64,000 nucleotides of DNA from Oscillospiraceae bacterium. GTDB lineage: Bacteria; Bacillota; Clostridia; Oscillospirales; Acutalibacteraceae. The stretch lies in NCBI GenBank assembly GCA_015066565.1, contig SVOB01000003.1, positions 2,291-66,290 on the forward strand, given 5' to 3'. Positions 39,642 through 50,189 of this stretch are shown here, piece after piece. The translations under genes and the position numbers were made by a program. The notes below the pieces were generated by a model. The model did no database searches. It saw only the letters and a program-made list of their open reading frames with translations, and had not been told where the DNA came from. How positions within the stretch are numbered: position 1 is the stretch's first letter; each line of letters starts with the position of its first letter.

Positions 39642-41105
39642 TCAGTTATCCGAAAGCTTATAGCCGTTTTTCATATTCTTGCTCGCTTCTTCAAGAACTC
39701 TTGTCAGGGTGAAGGAGGTCTGTTCCTTTGCCATTTTGCTGATTTCCTCGTTCGCCTTTTCGGTAAGCGACCAGTCGCCGCTTTCAGCCATCTTTTTGTC
39801 GTATTCGCGGATAATCGCTCTGCCCTTTGTCATAACGGCGTCCTCGTATCTTTCGATATGCTGAACGCAGTCGGAGTAGTTTTGGTCGGCGAGAGCGCCT
39901 ATAAGACGGCTGTTCCAGTAAAGATTTTCGGTTGAGGCTTCAAGACCGACGTTACTGAAATACTTCGGCGCCTTTGAAACCGCCGTGTAAAGCGGAACAA
40001 CGGGATTGAACGCCGTTGAGCCGAAGCACACCCATTCAATTCCCTTTAACGCTTCGGGGACGTCAGTTCTTATCTGACAGATTGACGAAACGCCCGTGCG
40101 GTTGATTCCGATTGAACGGTACATACCTCTTTTGCCCGTGTCCTTACTTGTATAGGGGTTGTATTCGGTACCCTGATAGTGACCTGAAATGAGGTATTTT
40201 ACATCTTCGACCGACACCTTCCTGTCGGGAACAAGACACCAGGGGATGTTGTCGCTCTCGGGAGTGAACTCGGCGTTTTCGCCGTCCCAGCGGTGCGAAT
40301 ACGGGGTTAAATATCTTCCCATAAACCAGGCTCTCGGGGTGTTGTAGATATGGTCCATATCGCTGTGCGAGCCGAAAATATCGCGGGGATTGAATTTACC
40401 GTTCTGATTTAAATCGAGGTTGTTTTCCTTAATGAATGTTTTTAAATCAGCCGAACAGAGATGGTTTTTCTTTTTGCCGAAAGCGTCGTCAAGGTCAAAG
40501 GAATCCATAGCGAACTGATTAGGCGCAAGAACAACCGCTTCGTCGGGAACTCTTTTAGCCATCCAGTGATGTCCGCCGATTGTTTCGAGCCACCAGACCT
40601 CGTTTTCGTCGTTGAAGGCTATTCCGTTTGATTCGTATGTACCGTATTTTTCAAGCAGCTCGGCAAGACGGAGAACGCCCTCCCTTGCGCTTTTTATATA
40701 GGGAAGAACGAGAACGACTATGTCCTCCTCGCCTATACCGCCGATAACGTCCTTTTCGCCGCGCTTGGTCGCTTTTTTATATTCAACCAGCGGGTCGGCG
40801 GCAAGAACTCTCGGGTTTGAGGTAATCGTTTCGGTTGCCGTCATGCCGACATTCGCTTCGTTAATGCCTGTTGCCGCCCAGATTCCCTTTGCGTCGTCAA
40901 CGCTCGGGCAGGAGGTGTATCTCATCGGGTTATCGGGCAGCTCGATTTCAACGTGAGAAATCTTGCTCTTATATTTTCTCGGCTGTTTTTCAGGCTCAAC
41001 AACAATGAGCTTTTTGACGTCAAAATGACCGTCGTCCGTTCTTGCAATCATTGTTGAATTGTCGTTTGTCGCTTTTTTACCTACTAAAACTGTTGTGCAG
41101 GGCAT
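39642..41105 (-). CDS. C69-family dipeptidase
   Basis: N-terminal nucleophile context MPCTTVLVGKKATNDNSTMIARTDD. Confidence 0.85.
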   Translation of the reverse strand: MPCTTVLVGKKATNDNSTMIARTDDGHFDVKKLIVVEPEKQPRKYKSKISHVEIELPDNPMRYTSCPSVDDAKGIWAATGINEANVGMTATETITSNPRVLAADPLVEYKKATKRGEKDVIGGIGEEDIVVLVLPYIKSAREGVLRLAELLEKYGTYESNGIAFNDENEVWWLETIGGHHWMAKRVPDEAVVLAPNQFAMDSFDLDDAFGKKKNHLCSADLKTFIKENNLDLNQNGKFNPRDIFGSHSDMDHIYNTPRAWFMGRYLTPYSHRWDGENAEFTPESDNIPWCLVPDRKVSVEDVKYLISGHYQGTEYNPYTSKDTGKRGMYRSIGINRTGVSSICQIRTDVPEALKGIEWVCFGSTAFNPVVPLYTAVSKAPKYFSNVGLEASTENLYWNSRLIGALADQNYSDCVQHIERYEDAVMTKGRAIIREYDKKMAESGDWSLTEKANEEISKMAKEQTSFTLTRVLEEASKNMKNGYKLSDN

Positions 41106-41273
41106 AAATAATAACTCCTTGAACTAAAATATTGCGCTATCATTATATCACAAACAAGTTTTATTTCAACCGGATTTTTGCTTTTTCATTACCCGCTTTA
41201 TCTTGACGGAGAGGGGATTTTAAGCGTATAATTAATTTATTCTTTCACTTTTCAGCGAATGGGGGAACTCATT

Positions 41274-42638
41274 ATGAAACTTGCGGTTATCGGCGGCGGC
41301 GGAGTACGCTCTCTTTTTCTTGCAAAAAGTCTTGCTCAAAAATCGGAAGAGCTTGGAATTACTGCTCTCGCCTTTATGGATAACGACGAAACGAAGCTCA
41401 ATATTTACGGCAAAATGGCTAAGCACACGGCTTTGAAAATCAATCCGTCGCTTGAGTTCAACCTGACAACGGACGCAAAAGAAGCCGTGGAGGGCGCTTC
41501 ATACGTTATAACGACTATCCGTGAGGGCGGCGACGAAATGAGAGTCAGGGACGAAAGAATTGCCCTTTCTCTCGGAGTTCTCGGTCAGGAAACCACCGGT
41601 GCGGCGGGGCTTTCGTTCGCAATAAGAAGCGTAAATGTGCTCGCAGCTTACTGTGAGCTTATAAAAGAATATGCTCTTCCCGGTTGCAAGGTATTTAATT
41701 TCACTAATCCCGCAGGCGTAGTAAGCCAGACGCTTCGCGATATGGGTTACGATTTCACTTACGGAATCTGTGACGCGCCCTCGGGCATGCTTCACTCGTT
41801 CGCAAAGCTTTACAACGCCGAGGCAAACCGTATAAAAGGCGAGGTTTACGGGCTTAATCATCTCTCTTATTTTTCGTCAATAACTCTTGACGGAAAAGAG
41901 ATTATGCCCGAACTGATTGAAAATGACGAAGCATACGAAAAAACCGATATGCGCTATTTTGAAAAGGACCTTTTAAGAGAACGGGGCGGAGTTTTAAACG
42001 AATATCTCTATTATTTCTATTACAGGGAAAAGGCGCTTGCGAATATTCTTAAAGCCGAAAAAACCCGCGGCGAACAGATTTGCGAAATAAACAAATCCAT
42101 GACAGAGGAATTAAAGGGGATTGATATTGATAACGATTTCGATACCGCCCTGAAAATCTTTGAAAAGTGGTACGGAATAAGGGAAAACAACTATATGGCG
42201 AGCGAAACGGGCGTTAAGAGAACTGTTCCGTGGTCGTTCGATATTAATAAAAAGGATGACGGCGGGTATGCGGGCGTTGCGCTCAAATTCATTGAAATTG
42301 CAAAAAGCGGCAACCAAGACAGTATGATTCTCTGTGTGCCGAATAACGGCGCTATTCCCTCTTTAAAGGATACCGATGTGGTTGAAATAACCTGCGATAT
42401 AACAAAGGACGGCGCCGTTCCCCATAAATTTGAAGAGGTTGACGAAGAAAACCTTGAGCTTATCAGACGTGTTAAGATTTACGAGCGTCTCGCTTCAAAG
42501 GCTATCAGGGAAAAATCGGTTACTGTGGCAGTTGAGGCTTTAACTCTTCACCCGCTTGTAAATTCCTACTCGCTCGCAAAGGAACTGATAAAACAGTACC
42601 TTGAATTGAATAAGGATTACACAAAGGACTGGAAATAA
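41274..42638 (+). CDS. GH4 NAD-dependent 6-phospho-glucosidase family enzyme
   Basis: MKLAVIGGGGVRS Rossmann start, NFTNPAG, CDAPSG; ATG 41274 follows GGGGGAA. Confidence 0.85.
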   Translation: MKLAVIGGGGVRSLFLAKSLAQKSEELGITALAFMDNDETKLNIYGKMAKHTALKINPSLEFNLTTDAKEAVEGASYVITTIREGGDEMRVRDERIALSLGVLGQETTGAAGLSFAIRSVNVLAAYCELIKEYALPGCKVFNFTNPAGVVSQTLRDMGYDFTYGICDAPSGMLHSFAKLYNAEANRIKGEVYGLNHLSYFSSITLDGKEIMPELIENDEAYEKTDMRYFEKDLLRERGGVLNEYLYYFYYREKALANILKAEKTRGEQICEINKSMTEELKGIDIDNDFDTALKIFEKWYGIRENNYMASETGVKRTVPWSFDINKKDDGGYAGVALKFIEIAKSGNQDSMILCVPNNGAIPSLKDTDVVEITCDITKDGAVPHKFEEVDEENLELIRRVKIYERLASKAIREKSVTVAVEALTLHPLVNSYSLAKELIKQYLELNKDYTKDWK

Positions 42639-42644
42639 AAATAA

Positions 42645-42682
42645 CCCCTGCGTGCTTCCGTAAAGCGCGCAGGGGATTTTTG
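42645..42682. terminator. Bidirectional terminator
   Basis: CCCCTGCG-15 nt-CGCAGGGG followed by TTTTT. Confidence 0.75.
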
Positions 42683-42689
42683 TCTTTAT

Positions 42690-44456
42690 TCAGTTTATGT
42701 TTCTGAACTGTAAATCGTAAAGGTCTTTGTAAATTCCGCCTTTTTCGATAAGCTCTGCATGTGTGCCGAATTCGGCGATTTTTCCCTCGGTGACAACGGC
42801 GATTTTGTCAGCGTTTCTTATTGTCGAGAGCCTGTGGGCGACTACAAGAGTTGTTCTTCCCTCGCAAAGCTCGTCAAGCGAGCGCTGAATAAGAACCTCG
42901 GTGCTGTTGTCAAGGGCGCTTGTCGCCTCGTCAAGAATAAGTATGGCGGGGTTTTTGAGGAAAACCCTTGCGATTGAAATTCGCTGCTTCTGTCCGCCCG
43001 AAAGCTTAATTCCGCGTTCGCCGATTTCGGTGTCGTAGCCGTCGGGGAGGGTCAAGACGAATTCGTGCATATTAGCTCTCTTTGAAGCCGAGATAATCTC
43101 TTCCTCCGTAGCGTCTGGACAGCCGTAACGGATGTTGTCACGGATAGTGCCTGAGAAAAGAAAAACATCCTGCTGAACAATGCCTATATTCTTTCTTAGC
43201 GATTCCATCGTGACCTTTTTTATATTTTTGCCGTCAACAAGAATTTCGCCCGAGCCGTCTTCGAGCTTATAGAAATTCGGAATAAGGTGACAGATTGTCG
43301 TTTTTCCTCCGCCCGACGGGCCGACGAGAGCCATCTTTGTTCCCTTTTCGATTTTGAGCGAAATATGGTCGAGAACGCCCTTTTCGTCGTCTTCGGTATA
43401 TGAAAAGCAAACGTCGCGAAGCTCGATTTCTCCGTCAACCTTTCCTATATCGACTGCGTCGGGGTCGTCCTTTTCTTCCTCAACGTCCATAATTTCAATA
43501 AAACGCCTGAAACCCGTTGCGCCGTTCTGCCACTGTTCCATAAAGCCTATGAGCGTCTGAACGGGTGAAATGAAGAGGTTTACCGAAACGATAAAGGTTG
43601 AGTATTCGCCGAAATTGATTTTGCCCGAATAAAGATAAAGACCGCCTGCAATAAGAATAATAACATTGAAAACCTCGGTTACAAACGAGGTCGAGGAATG
43701 GAATTTACCCATAGCCTTGTATGAAAGGGCGCTCGCCTTTGTGAACATTTTATTGCCGACCTCGAATTTTTCAAGCTCCCTGTCGGCGTTGGTATAAGCC
43801 TTAGTCACGCGCACGCCCGTAATTGAGCTTTCAAGCGAAGCGTTTATGACGGCGTTGCTCTTTCTTCTTTCGTTAAACGCCTCGCGCATTTTTCTTCTGT
43901 AATGGCCCGAAACATAAATAAGAATGGGCACGCACGCAAAAATCATAAGCGTAAGCGGAACGTTTATAGTACAAAGATAAACAAAGCTGAGAATAATCAT
44001 CACCGAGCTTGTCAGAAGGTTTTCGGGGCCGTGGTGAGCGAGCTCGCTGACCTCAAACAAATCGTTCGTCATTCTTGTCATTATTGCGCCTGTTTCGTGG
44101 TCGTCAAAAAATGAAAACGGAAGCTTTTCAAGGTGAACGAAAAGCTCTGTTCTCATCTGCGCCTGCATATAGGTTCCGACCATATGGCCCTGATACTGAA
44201 CAAAATAGCGAAGAAACATTCTCGCAACATAAAGAACAAGTACCGACAGGCCCGCTATAATAATTGAACGGTACGCCTTGTTGGGAATATAGTCGTTCAA
44301 CATTCTGTTGGTCATAACGGGGTAAATCATACCCAGAAGGGAAATGAGCATTGACGCCGCCATATCGAGCGAAAACATTAATTTATGGGGCTTGTAGTAG
44401 GAAATAAATCGCTTTAAGAGCCCGCCTGCGCCGACATTGCTTTTTTCAATTTCCAT
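42690..44456 (-). CDS. ABC exporter, fused permease/ATPase (MsbA-like)
   Basis: 6 TM segments plus Walker A GPSGGGKTT, LSGGQKQR, ILILDEATSALD. Confidence 0.9.
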   Translation of the reverse strand: MEIEKSNVGAGGLLKRFISYYKPHKLMFSLDMAASMLISLLGMIYPVMTNRMLNDYIPNKAYRSIIIAGLSVLVLYVARMFLRYFVQYQGHMVGTYMQAQMRTELFVHLEKLPFSFFDDHETGAIMTRMTNDLFEVSELAHHGPENLLTSSVMIILSFVYLCTINVPLTLMIFACVPILIYVSGHYRRKMREAFNERRKSNAVINASLESSITGVRVTKAYTNADRELEKFEVGNKMFTKASALSYKAMGKFHSSTSFVTEVFNVIILIAGGLYLYSGKINFGEYSTFIVSVNLFISPVQTLIGFMEQWQNGATGFRRFIEIMDVEEEKDDPDAVDIGKVDGEIELRDVCFSYTEDDEKGVLDHISLKIEKGTKMALVGPSGGGKTTICHLIPNFYKLEDGSGEILVDGKNIKKVTMESLRKNIGIVQQDVFLFSGTIRDNIRYGCPDATEEEIISASKRANMHEFVLTLPDGYDTEIGERGIKLSGGQKQRISIARVFLKNPAILILDEATSALDNSTEVLIQRSLDELCEGRTTLVVAHRLSTIRNADKIAVVTEGKIAEFGTHAELIEKGGIYKDLYDLQFRNIN

Positions 44457-44546
44457 GGTGTTTGTCCTCTTTACGTATAATTATTCAATATTATACACTA
44501 TAAACCAATTAAGTGCTTTGGTCAAGAAAAAGAATTGCATAAAAAG

Positions 44547-44606
44547 AAAAGAGAGCCTTTAGGGCTTAAACATCCTTATCGGTGTCGCCCTTTCGACTCT
44601 CTTTTT
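44547..44606 (-). terminator. Terminator-like hairpin whose loop contains family A unit copy 3
   Basis: AAAAGAGAG...CTCTCTTTTT enclosing 44561-44591. Confidence 0.55.
44561..44591 (+). repeat. Family A palindromic unit, copy 3
   Basis: AGGGCTTAAACATCCTTATCGGTGTCGCCCT. Confidence 0.85.
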
Positions 44607-44610
44607 GCTT

Positions 44611-45525
44611 TTACTGATTATTAGGATTGTCTGTATCCTGCGTGTTCGGATACGGAATATTGTTATTATCCTGATTCTGTTCGGCAGCCTGCTCGGAGCC
44701 CTGATTCTGACTATTCGGAACATCCTGGGCGCTGTTCAGGTTCTGAGGAATATAGTTGAAATTAGGATCATTGGCTACGGGAACGCCCTTTTTCTTGTTT
44801 TTTCTCCTGATTCCTATACCGCCTATGGCGCTGACAAGAACTGCGCCCGCGCCGATAAGAAAACGTACTAAAACTCTCTGACCGATGCCTTTTCCTGCAT
44901 TTTTGACCGTTTTTTCAAAGTCGGTCTGCGTTTTGTTTGAACCCTTTTCATTTTCAAAAACAACGGTGCTTACAATTGATTGAGCGTCTTCTTCGTCAAG
45001 TACGGGCTCGTATGTTTCGTATCTGTAATATGTTGCGTAGCCGTCGTATAAATGACAGTAAACCACAACGGTTTCAATTTCGCCCGACCCGTCATCCTGA
45101 TTGAAGTTGAGCTTGAAAAAGCTGTTGTTTGCAACCTTTGCAGCCTCAACGGTAAGGTTGGTTATGCCGTCTTCCTCTTTAAGCTCGTCGCTCATGAGCT
45201 TTTTGAACTCTTCAACCGTCATCGAAGAGTTGTTGATATCCTGACGTGAAATTTCTGAGTTGCCGGTACCTTCAATATTGGCTGCATACAAGTCGAAAAC
45301 CGAATAAACAAAATATGTTCCCGCTTCGCTTGAATCCTTTACAAATATGTATTTTATTGAGTCTGACGTAAAGTCTTCATACCGTGTCCAGCCGTCGGGT
45401 ATAGTAAAGCTTATACCGAGACTGTCGTCACGATAGGTGTTTTCGCTTCCCTCTGCAAAAGCAAATACGGAAAACGAGGATAACAGAATAATCGCCATTA
45501 AAACTGAAATAATCGTCTTTTTCAT
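44611..45525 (-). CDS. Secreted/membrane-anchored hypothetical protein with Q/N-rich tail
   Basis: Signal peptide, about 200-aa ectodomain, one TM, C-terminal N/Q/P-rich low-complexity tail. Confidence 0.5.
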   Translation of the reverse strand: MKKTIISVLMAIILLSSFSVFAFAEGSENTYRDDSLGISFTIPDGWTRYEDFTSDSIKYIFVKDSSEAGTYFVYSVFDLYAANIEGTGNSEISRQDINNSSMTVEEFKKLMSDELKEEDGITNLTVEAAKVANNSFFKLNFNQDDGSGEIETVVVYCHLYDGYATYYRYETYEPVLDEEDAQSIVSTVVFENEKGSNKTQTDFEKTVKNAGKGIGQRVLVRFLIGAGAVLVSAIGGIGIRRKNKKKGVPVANDPNFNYIPQNLNSAQDVPNSQNQGSEQAAEQNQDNNNIPYPNTQDTDNPNNQ

Positions 45526-45782
45526 TTTAATTCCCCCTTATAAGTTATAATAACATAATAAGTATTTACGGTCAAGTAAACGGAAAGTGCGCTGTACTTT
45601 ACGCCTGTTTAACCTGAAAATAAAGGCTCGGCAGTGTGCGCGGAAAAAGGAATAGAAAGGTTCTGACTGCGTTTTCGCCTAAAACAGAGGGCGTTTTCCG
45701 TAAAATATGACGATTGACGGAATAAAGTAAAAGTTATAAAATTAAATGTGGTAAAGTTTCCTTTTGTAAGGAGGGTTTTAAG

Positions 45783-47834
45783 ATGAAAAAAATTCTTGCA
45801 GTTTTTCTTTCGCTTGTTATTGTAATGTCGTCGCTCGCTTTAGCGGCGTCGGCGGCTGAATACAACGATATGCCGTGCGTAATTGTTCCGGGTATCGGTC
45901 AGTCGAGAGCGTGGCTTGTTGATGATAACGGCGAATATGTTCTCAACGACAAGGGTGAAAAAATTCACTGCTTCCCGGGTAATTTTGACGTTCAGAAAAT
46001 TCTTTCCGATATTGCGGGTCCGCTTGCAACGTCGGTTGCTACCCAGAGTGACGCGGGTCTTTCGGACGCTTTGTGCGACGCGCTTGAAAAGGCGTTTTAT
46101 ATGAACAAAACGGACGATAACGGCGTTCCCTGCGGCTACGTCAACGTTGAAACCTATCCCCATTCGCTCGCCGAATGTACCGAGGAGCAGAGACAGTATA
46201 TCTTTGACTGTATCCCGATGCAGCGTATGGGCGAAACGGTAGGCTTTGAAAATATGTATTACTATGCCTATAACTCGTTCGGAAACGCGATTGATATGAT
46301 TAACGGGCTTTACGATTTTATTCAGCTCGTTAAGGAACAGACGGGTAAGGATAAGGTCAATATCATTCCGATTTCAATGGGCGGAGCTATCTTCAACGGG
46401 CTTATGGAGCTTCATCCCGAGGTTGCAAACGACCTTCACAGAATTGTTTTCGTTGTTCCCGCTCTTAACGGCTCGCTTATAGTTTCGGATATTTATCAGC
46501 GCGAGCTTACCTTCCTTGACGCCGACTATCTTTACAGCGATTTCTTTGACGGGATTTTAGGCGAAACGAACGCAAGCGCAATTGAAATCGCCATAAGGGT
46601 TTTGCCCAAGGACGTGCTTATGTCGGCTCTTAACAAGGCGGTTGATATGCTTATAAATAAAGTCTTTGCAAATTGCACGGGACTCTGGATGCTCGTTCCG
46701 AACGACCAGTATAATAAATGCGTAAAGGCTACTCTGTCGGGTAAGGATAAGGCTGAAATCCGCCGTCAGACAGATATTTACCATAAAGCTCAGACTAATT
46801 CAAACAGGAATATTCTTGCGTTCAGGGATAAGGGCGTTGAAATTTTTGACGTTCTCGGCTATGACGTACCGCTTTACAACGTCGGCAACTCCTGGAACAA
46901 GCAGAACGCCGACGGAGTTATACATACTTATTCTACGTCCATAGGCGCTTATATGGCTAATGTCGGCGAAACGCTTCCCGACGGTTACGTTCAGAAGAAT
47001 ACCTACTGCAATAAAAAGAAGCTTGTCGGCTTTTTCAATAAAATTATGGGCGTTCCGTCCGCATCGGTTGCCCAGTGCACAGACCCGACTCACAACCATA
47101 TTTCACCCGACAACGTTGTTGACGCTTCAACGGGACTTCTTCCCGACCATACGTTCTATTTCGACAATCAGGCCCACGCTACGGCAAACCAGAACGATAT
47201 TATTATGAAGCTATGCTGCGAGCTTGTTGAAACCGACAGAATAAAGGACGTTTTCTCGGATGAAAATTACCCGCAGTTCAATGTCGGCAGGGCGACAAAG
47301 ACGCTCAGAGAAGAGCTTCTTCCCGCAGCCGAGGGCGTTGACAAATCCTCGTTGAGCGAAGAGGACAGAAACGAGCTTGAACAGGCGGTAAACGAGGCGA
47401 ACGAAATGCTTTCGCGTACAATTGCGGTTGAGGGCGAGGCTCCCGCGGTTGAACAAAGACTGCGTTCAATTCTCGAAAAGGTCGGCGCGGTCGAGGCTTC
47501 TCAGGGCGCTCTGGATTCAATTTCTCCCATTGTAAAAACCATAAGCGATACTCTGCTTTCGGTCGGCGGTGCGAACGGATATACGGATATGGTTAAAAAC
47601 CTTGTTCCCTCGCAGTCCGGAGAAAACGACGGTTCGTCGGATTCGGGCGAAAACGCAAATCCCGCCGGTAACAATACGCCTGCGGTAACGCCGACAAATA
47701 CGAATTCGTCAGTAAATGTAAATATTCCTAAAACTACGGGCGGAACGGGAAAATACGCTGTCGCTCCCGTTACGGCTCTCGCTGTGTTCTCTGTTTTAGC
47801 GGCGGTTAAAATCAAAAAGAAAAAAGAGGACTGA
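45783..47834 (+). CDS. Secreted lipase-like alpha/beta hydrolase with LPXTG-like C-terminal anchor
   Basis: Signal peptide, nucleophile elbow IPISMGG, C-terminal IPKTTGG plus hydrophobic segment plus KKKKED. Confidence 0.6.
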   Translation: MKKILAVFLSLVIVMSSLALAASAAEYNDMPCVIVPGIGQSRAWLVDDNGEYVLNDKGEKIHCFPGNFDVQKILSDIAGPLATSVATQSDAGLSDALCDALEKAFYMNKTDDNGVPCGYVNVETYPHSLAECTEEQRQYIFDCIPMQRMGETVGFENMYYYAYNSFGNAIDMINGLYDFIQLVKEQTGKDKVNIIPISMGGAIFNGLMELHPEVANDLHRIVFVVPALNGSLIVSDIYQRELTFLDADYLYSDFFDGILGETNASAIEIAIRVLPKDVLMSALNKAVDMLINKVFANCTGLWMLVPNDQYNKCVKATLSGKDKAEIRRQTDIYHKAQTNSNRNILAFRDKGVEIFDVLGYDVPLYNVGNSWNKQNADGVIHTYSTSIGAYMANVGETLPDGYVQKNTYCNKKKLVGFFNKIMGVPSASVAQCTDPTHNHISPDNVVDASTGLLPDHTFYFDNQAHATANQNDIIMKLCCELVETDRIKDVFSDENYPQFNVGRATKTLREELLPAAEGVDKSSLSEEDRNELEQAVNEANEMLSRTIAVEGEAPAVEQRLRSILEKVGAVEASQGALDSISPIVKTISDTLLSVGGANGYTDMVKNLVPSQSGENDGSSDSGENANPAGNNTPAVTPTNTNSSVNVNIPKTTGGTGKYAVAPVTALAVFSVLAAVKIKKKKED

Positions 47835-47840
47835 AAAATA

Positions 47841-47878
47841 AAAAGCTCTGTGGAGTAATCCACAGAGCTTAATTTTTT
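47841..47878. terminator. Bidirectional terminator
   Basis: AAAAGCTCTGTGGA-gtaa-TCCACAGAGCTT followed by a T run. Confidence 0.85.
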
Positions 47879-47882
47879 ATCT

Positions 47883-48863
47883 TCAGTTTTTACACTGGAA
47901 ATCCTGCCAGCTGCCGTCGGTTGAAAGCTTTCCGCCGTTTTCAAACACCGCTTTGGCAGTTGAATCGTTTTTGAGATATGCGTCAAACCAGCTTATCGCA
48001 TAGCCTGAAACCTTTTCGGGATTTGTCATACAGGTTGTATGTATTCCGCCTTTGAGAGAAGCGTAAGCGGCTCTTCCCGAAACTGCGTCATAGGACGGTT
48101 TGCACCACTGAGAAGAAACTACAACCAGGTCGCTTGTACCCGTAAGAAAAAGGCTCGGTGTTTTAAGCCCTCTTGCTTCTTCGGCGCTTGAAGCGCCCGA
48201 AATTGAAACGATACAGCGTATTCTGTTGTCAGCCTGAGCGGCGTTGACGCTGCTTCGTCCGCCCTGGGAATGTCCGCAGGCGCCTATTGCAGAGGAATTG
48301 ACTTTGTTATAAAAAACGCTCGATGAATCGTTACCCTTATTTATAATGTAGTTAATCGAATCAATCTGGCTTGTTCCGTCGGCTGTCATTACGTTCGAGT
48401 CGGCTACAACTATGTATCCGCCGTTTGCAAGCGCAGAGAGCAGCGACAGGTAGGCTTGGGTCGGGCAACCCGTTCCGTTAGCCCATACAATGACGGGATA
48501 TTTTGACTGAGAAGCGTTTAATGCGGACGGAAAAACAACCGTTTTGTTCCCGTCAGTTACAGTTTGGGTTCCCGTTACAACAACAGCGTCGGTGACGGGC
48601 TGTGTTATCGGCTCGGTAACCGTGGATTCAGTCGGCTGTTCGGTAACGGCGGGGGACTGTGTTGTTTCGGTGACCGATTCGGCTGTTTCGCTCGCTTCAG
48701 TTTCGCTTTGCGTAACGCTAACGGTTTCGCTCGTTACGGTTGCGGATTCGGAACCTGAAACAGTTTTGTCCCCGTTCTTTTTCTTACAGGAGCAAAGGCT
48801 GAAAACCAGTATTGCGGTAAGAAGTATAACCGATATGTTTTTAATTTTTTCTGATCTTTTCAT
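47883..48863 (-). CDS. Lipoprotein alpha/beta hydrolase (dienelactone hydrolase/cutinase-like)
   Basis: Lipobox LCSC, T/E/S-rich linker, nucleophile GHSQGG. Confidence 0.7.
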   Translation of the reverse strand: MKRSEKIKNISVILLTAILVFSLCSCKKKNGDKTVSGSESATVTSETVSVTQSETEASETAESVTETTQSPAVTEQPTESTVTEPITQPVTDAVVVTGTQTVTDGNKTVVFPSALNASQSKYPVIVWANGTGCPTQAYLSLLSALANGGYIVVADSNVMTADGTSQIDSINYIINKGNDSSSVFYNKVNSSAIGACGHSQGGRSSVNAAQADNRIRCIVSISGASSAEEARGLKTPSLFLTGTSDLVVVSSQWCKPSYDAVSGRAAYASLKGGIHTTCMTNPEKVSGYAISWFDAYLKNDSTAKAVFENGGKLSTDGSWQDFQCKN

Positions 48864-48884
48864 TTCGCACTCCGATAACCTATA

Positions 48885-50033
48885 TCAATACCCGAAAACC
48901 TCGGTTGCCTTTTGCATATTATTTCGGATTTCCACTCCGAACGGACAGCGCGTTTCACAGGCGCCGCACTTGATACATTCGCCTGCGTGGTGTTCGAGAG
49001 CTTTATAATGCTCCCTTACCGTTTCGGGAGTTTCGCTTTGGGCAAGCGAGAGATTTAAAAATTTAGTAACGTCGGCAACGCTTATGTTTACGGGACACGG
49101 CGCGCAGTGACTGCAGTACATACAGTGGCCGTTCCAACTGATTTTCGGAAAGGAAGCTAAAGCCGTTGCGTAGTCCTTTTCTTTTTCTGTTGCGGTTTCG
49201 TATTTAAGGCTCGCCCTTAACTGTTCGACGTTATGAGCGCCTGCGAGAACACAGCTGACGGCGGGGCGGGTCAAATCATAGTGAATACACTGTTCCGCCG
49301 TCAGAGCAACGCCTGCGGGTGAAAGTTCGGCGTTTAATAAATCACCGCCTGCAAACGCTTTCATAACCGTTATTCCGACGCCCTTTGTCTGACAGAGTTC
49401 ATACAGCTTCTGTCTGTCGGGATCCATATTTTCATAGGTGTTAGTGTAGGTTTCGTCCGCCCATAAATCCTCAACGTTTTCACTCGGCGGTTGAAGGTCA
49501 TAGACGGGATTCACGCTGAACATAAGAACCTCTATAAAGCCGGTTTCAACCGCTTTCGCCGCAACAACGGGGTTGTGAGAGCTAAGCCCGATATGCTTTA
49601 TTTTCCCCTGAGCCTTCAGCTCCTTAGCGTAGTCAAGAATTCCGTTATCAACTATTTTTTGCCAGTCGCCAAGGGCGTCGCAATAGTGAATCATACCTAC
49701 GTCAATGTAATCGGTCTGTAAGAGCGAAAGCATTTCTTCAAAGCCATTTTTGGTTTCGTCAAGGTTTCTTGTCCGTAAATACTGACCGTTTTTCCAGACC
49801 GAGCAGATATGCGACTGGATAATAAATTTTTCGCGTCTGCCCTTGAGCGCTTCGCCTACAGCGGACCTTAACTTCGGGTCGGAAGCATAGAGGTCAAAAT
49901 AATTTATGCCTGCTTTTTCCGCTTCGTCAAAAAGCTCTTTTGCCATTTTATAATTGTTTTCACTGAAGCCCTCGCAGCCGAGCCCTATCTCGCTGACCGA
50001 AAGAGACGTGTTACCGAGTTTTCTGTAATTCAT
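48885..50033 (-). CDS. Aldo/keto reductase with C-terminal 4Fe-4S binding domain
   Basis: AKR N-terminus MNYRKLGNTSLSVSEIGLGC; C-terminal CxxCxxC..CP clusters. ATG 50033 follows AAAGGGG. Confidence 0.85.
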   Translation of the reverse strand: MNYRKLGNTSLSVSEIGLGCEGFSENNYKMAKELFDEAEKAGINYFDLYASDPKLRSAVGEALKGRREKFIIQSHICSVWKNGQYLRTRNLDETKNGFEEMLSLLQTDYIDVGMIHYCDALGDWQKIVDNGILDYAKELKAQGKIKHIGLSSHNPVVAAKAVETGFIEVLMFSVNPVYDLQPPSENVEDLWADETYTNTYENMDPDRQKLYELCQTKGVGITVMKAFAGGDLLNAELSPAGVALTAEQCIHYDLTRPAVSCVLAGAHNVEQLRASLKYETATEKEKDYATALASFPKISWNGHCMYCSHCAPCPVNISVADVTKFLNLSLAQSETPETVREHYKALEHHAGECIKCGACETRCPFGVEIRNNMQKATEVFGY

Positions 50034-50189
50034 ATATGCCCCTTTAAAAGAATAATTTATTATATTATACATTATACAATAAAAAGAGCTTTAAAACAAC
50101 CGATAAAATCAGCCTTTCTTTATCCGTTTACAACGGCAAACGCTTATGCTATACTGAAAAAAGCAACCTTTATAAAGAGGGTGGAAAAA

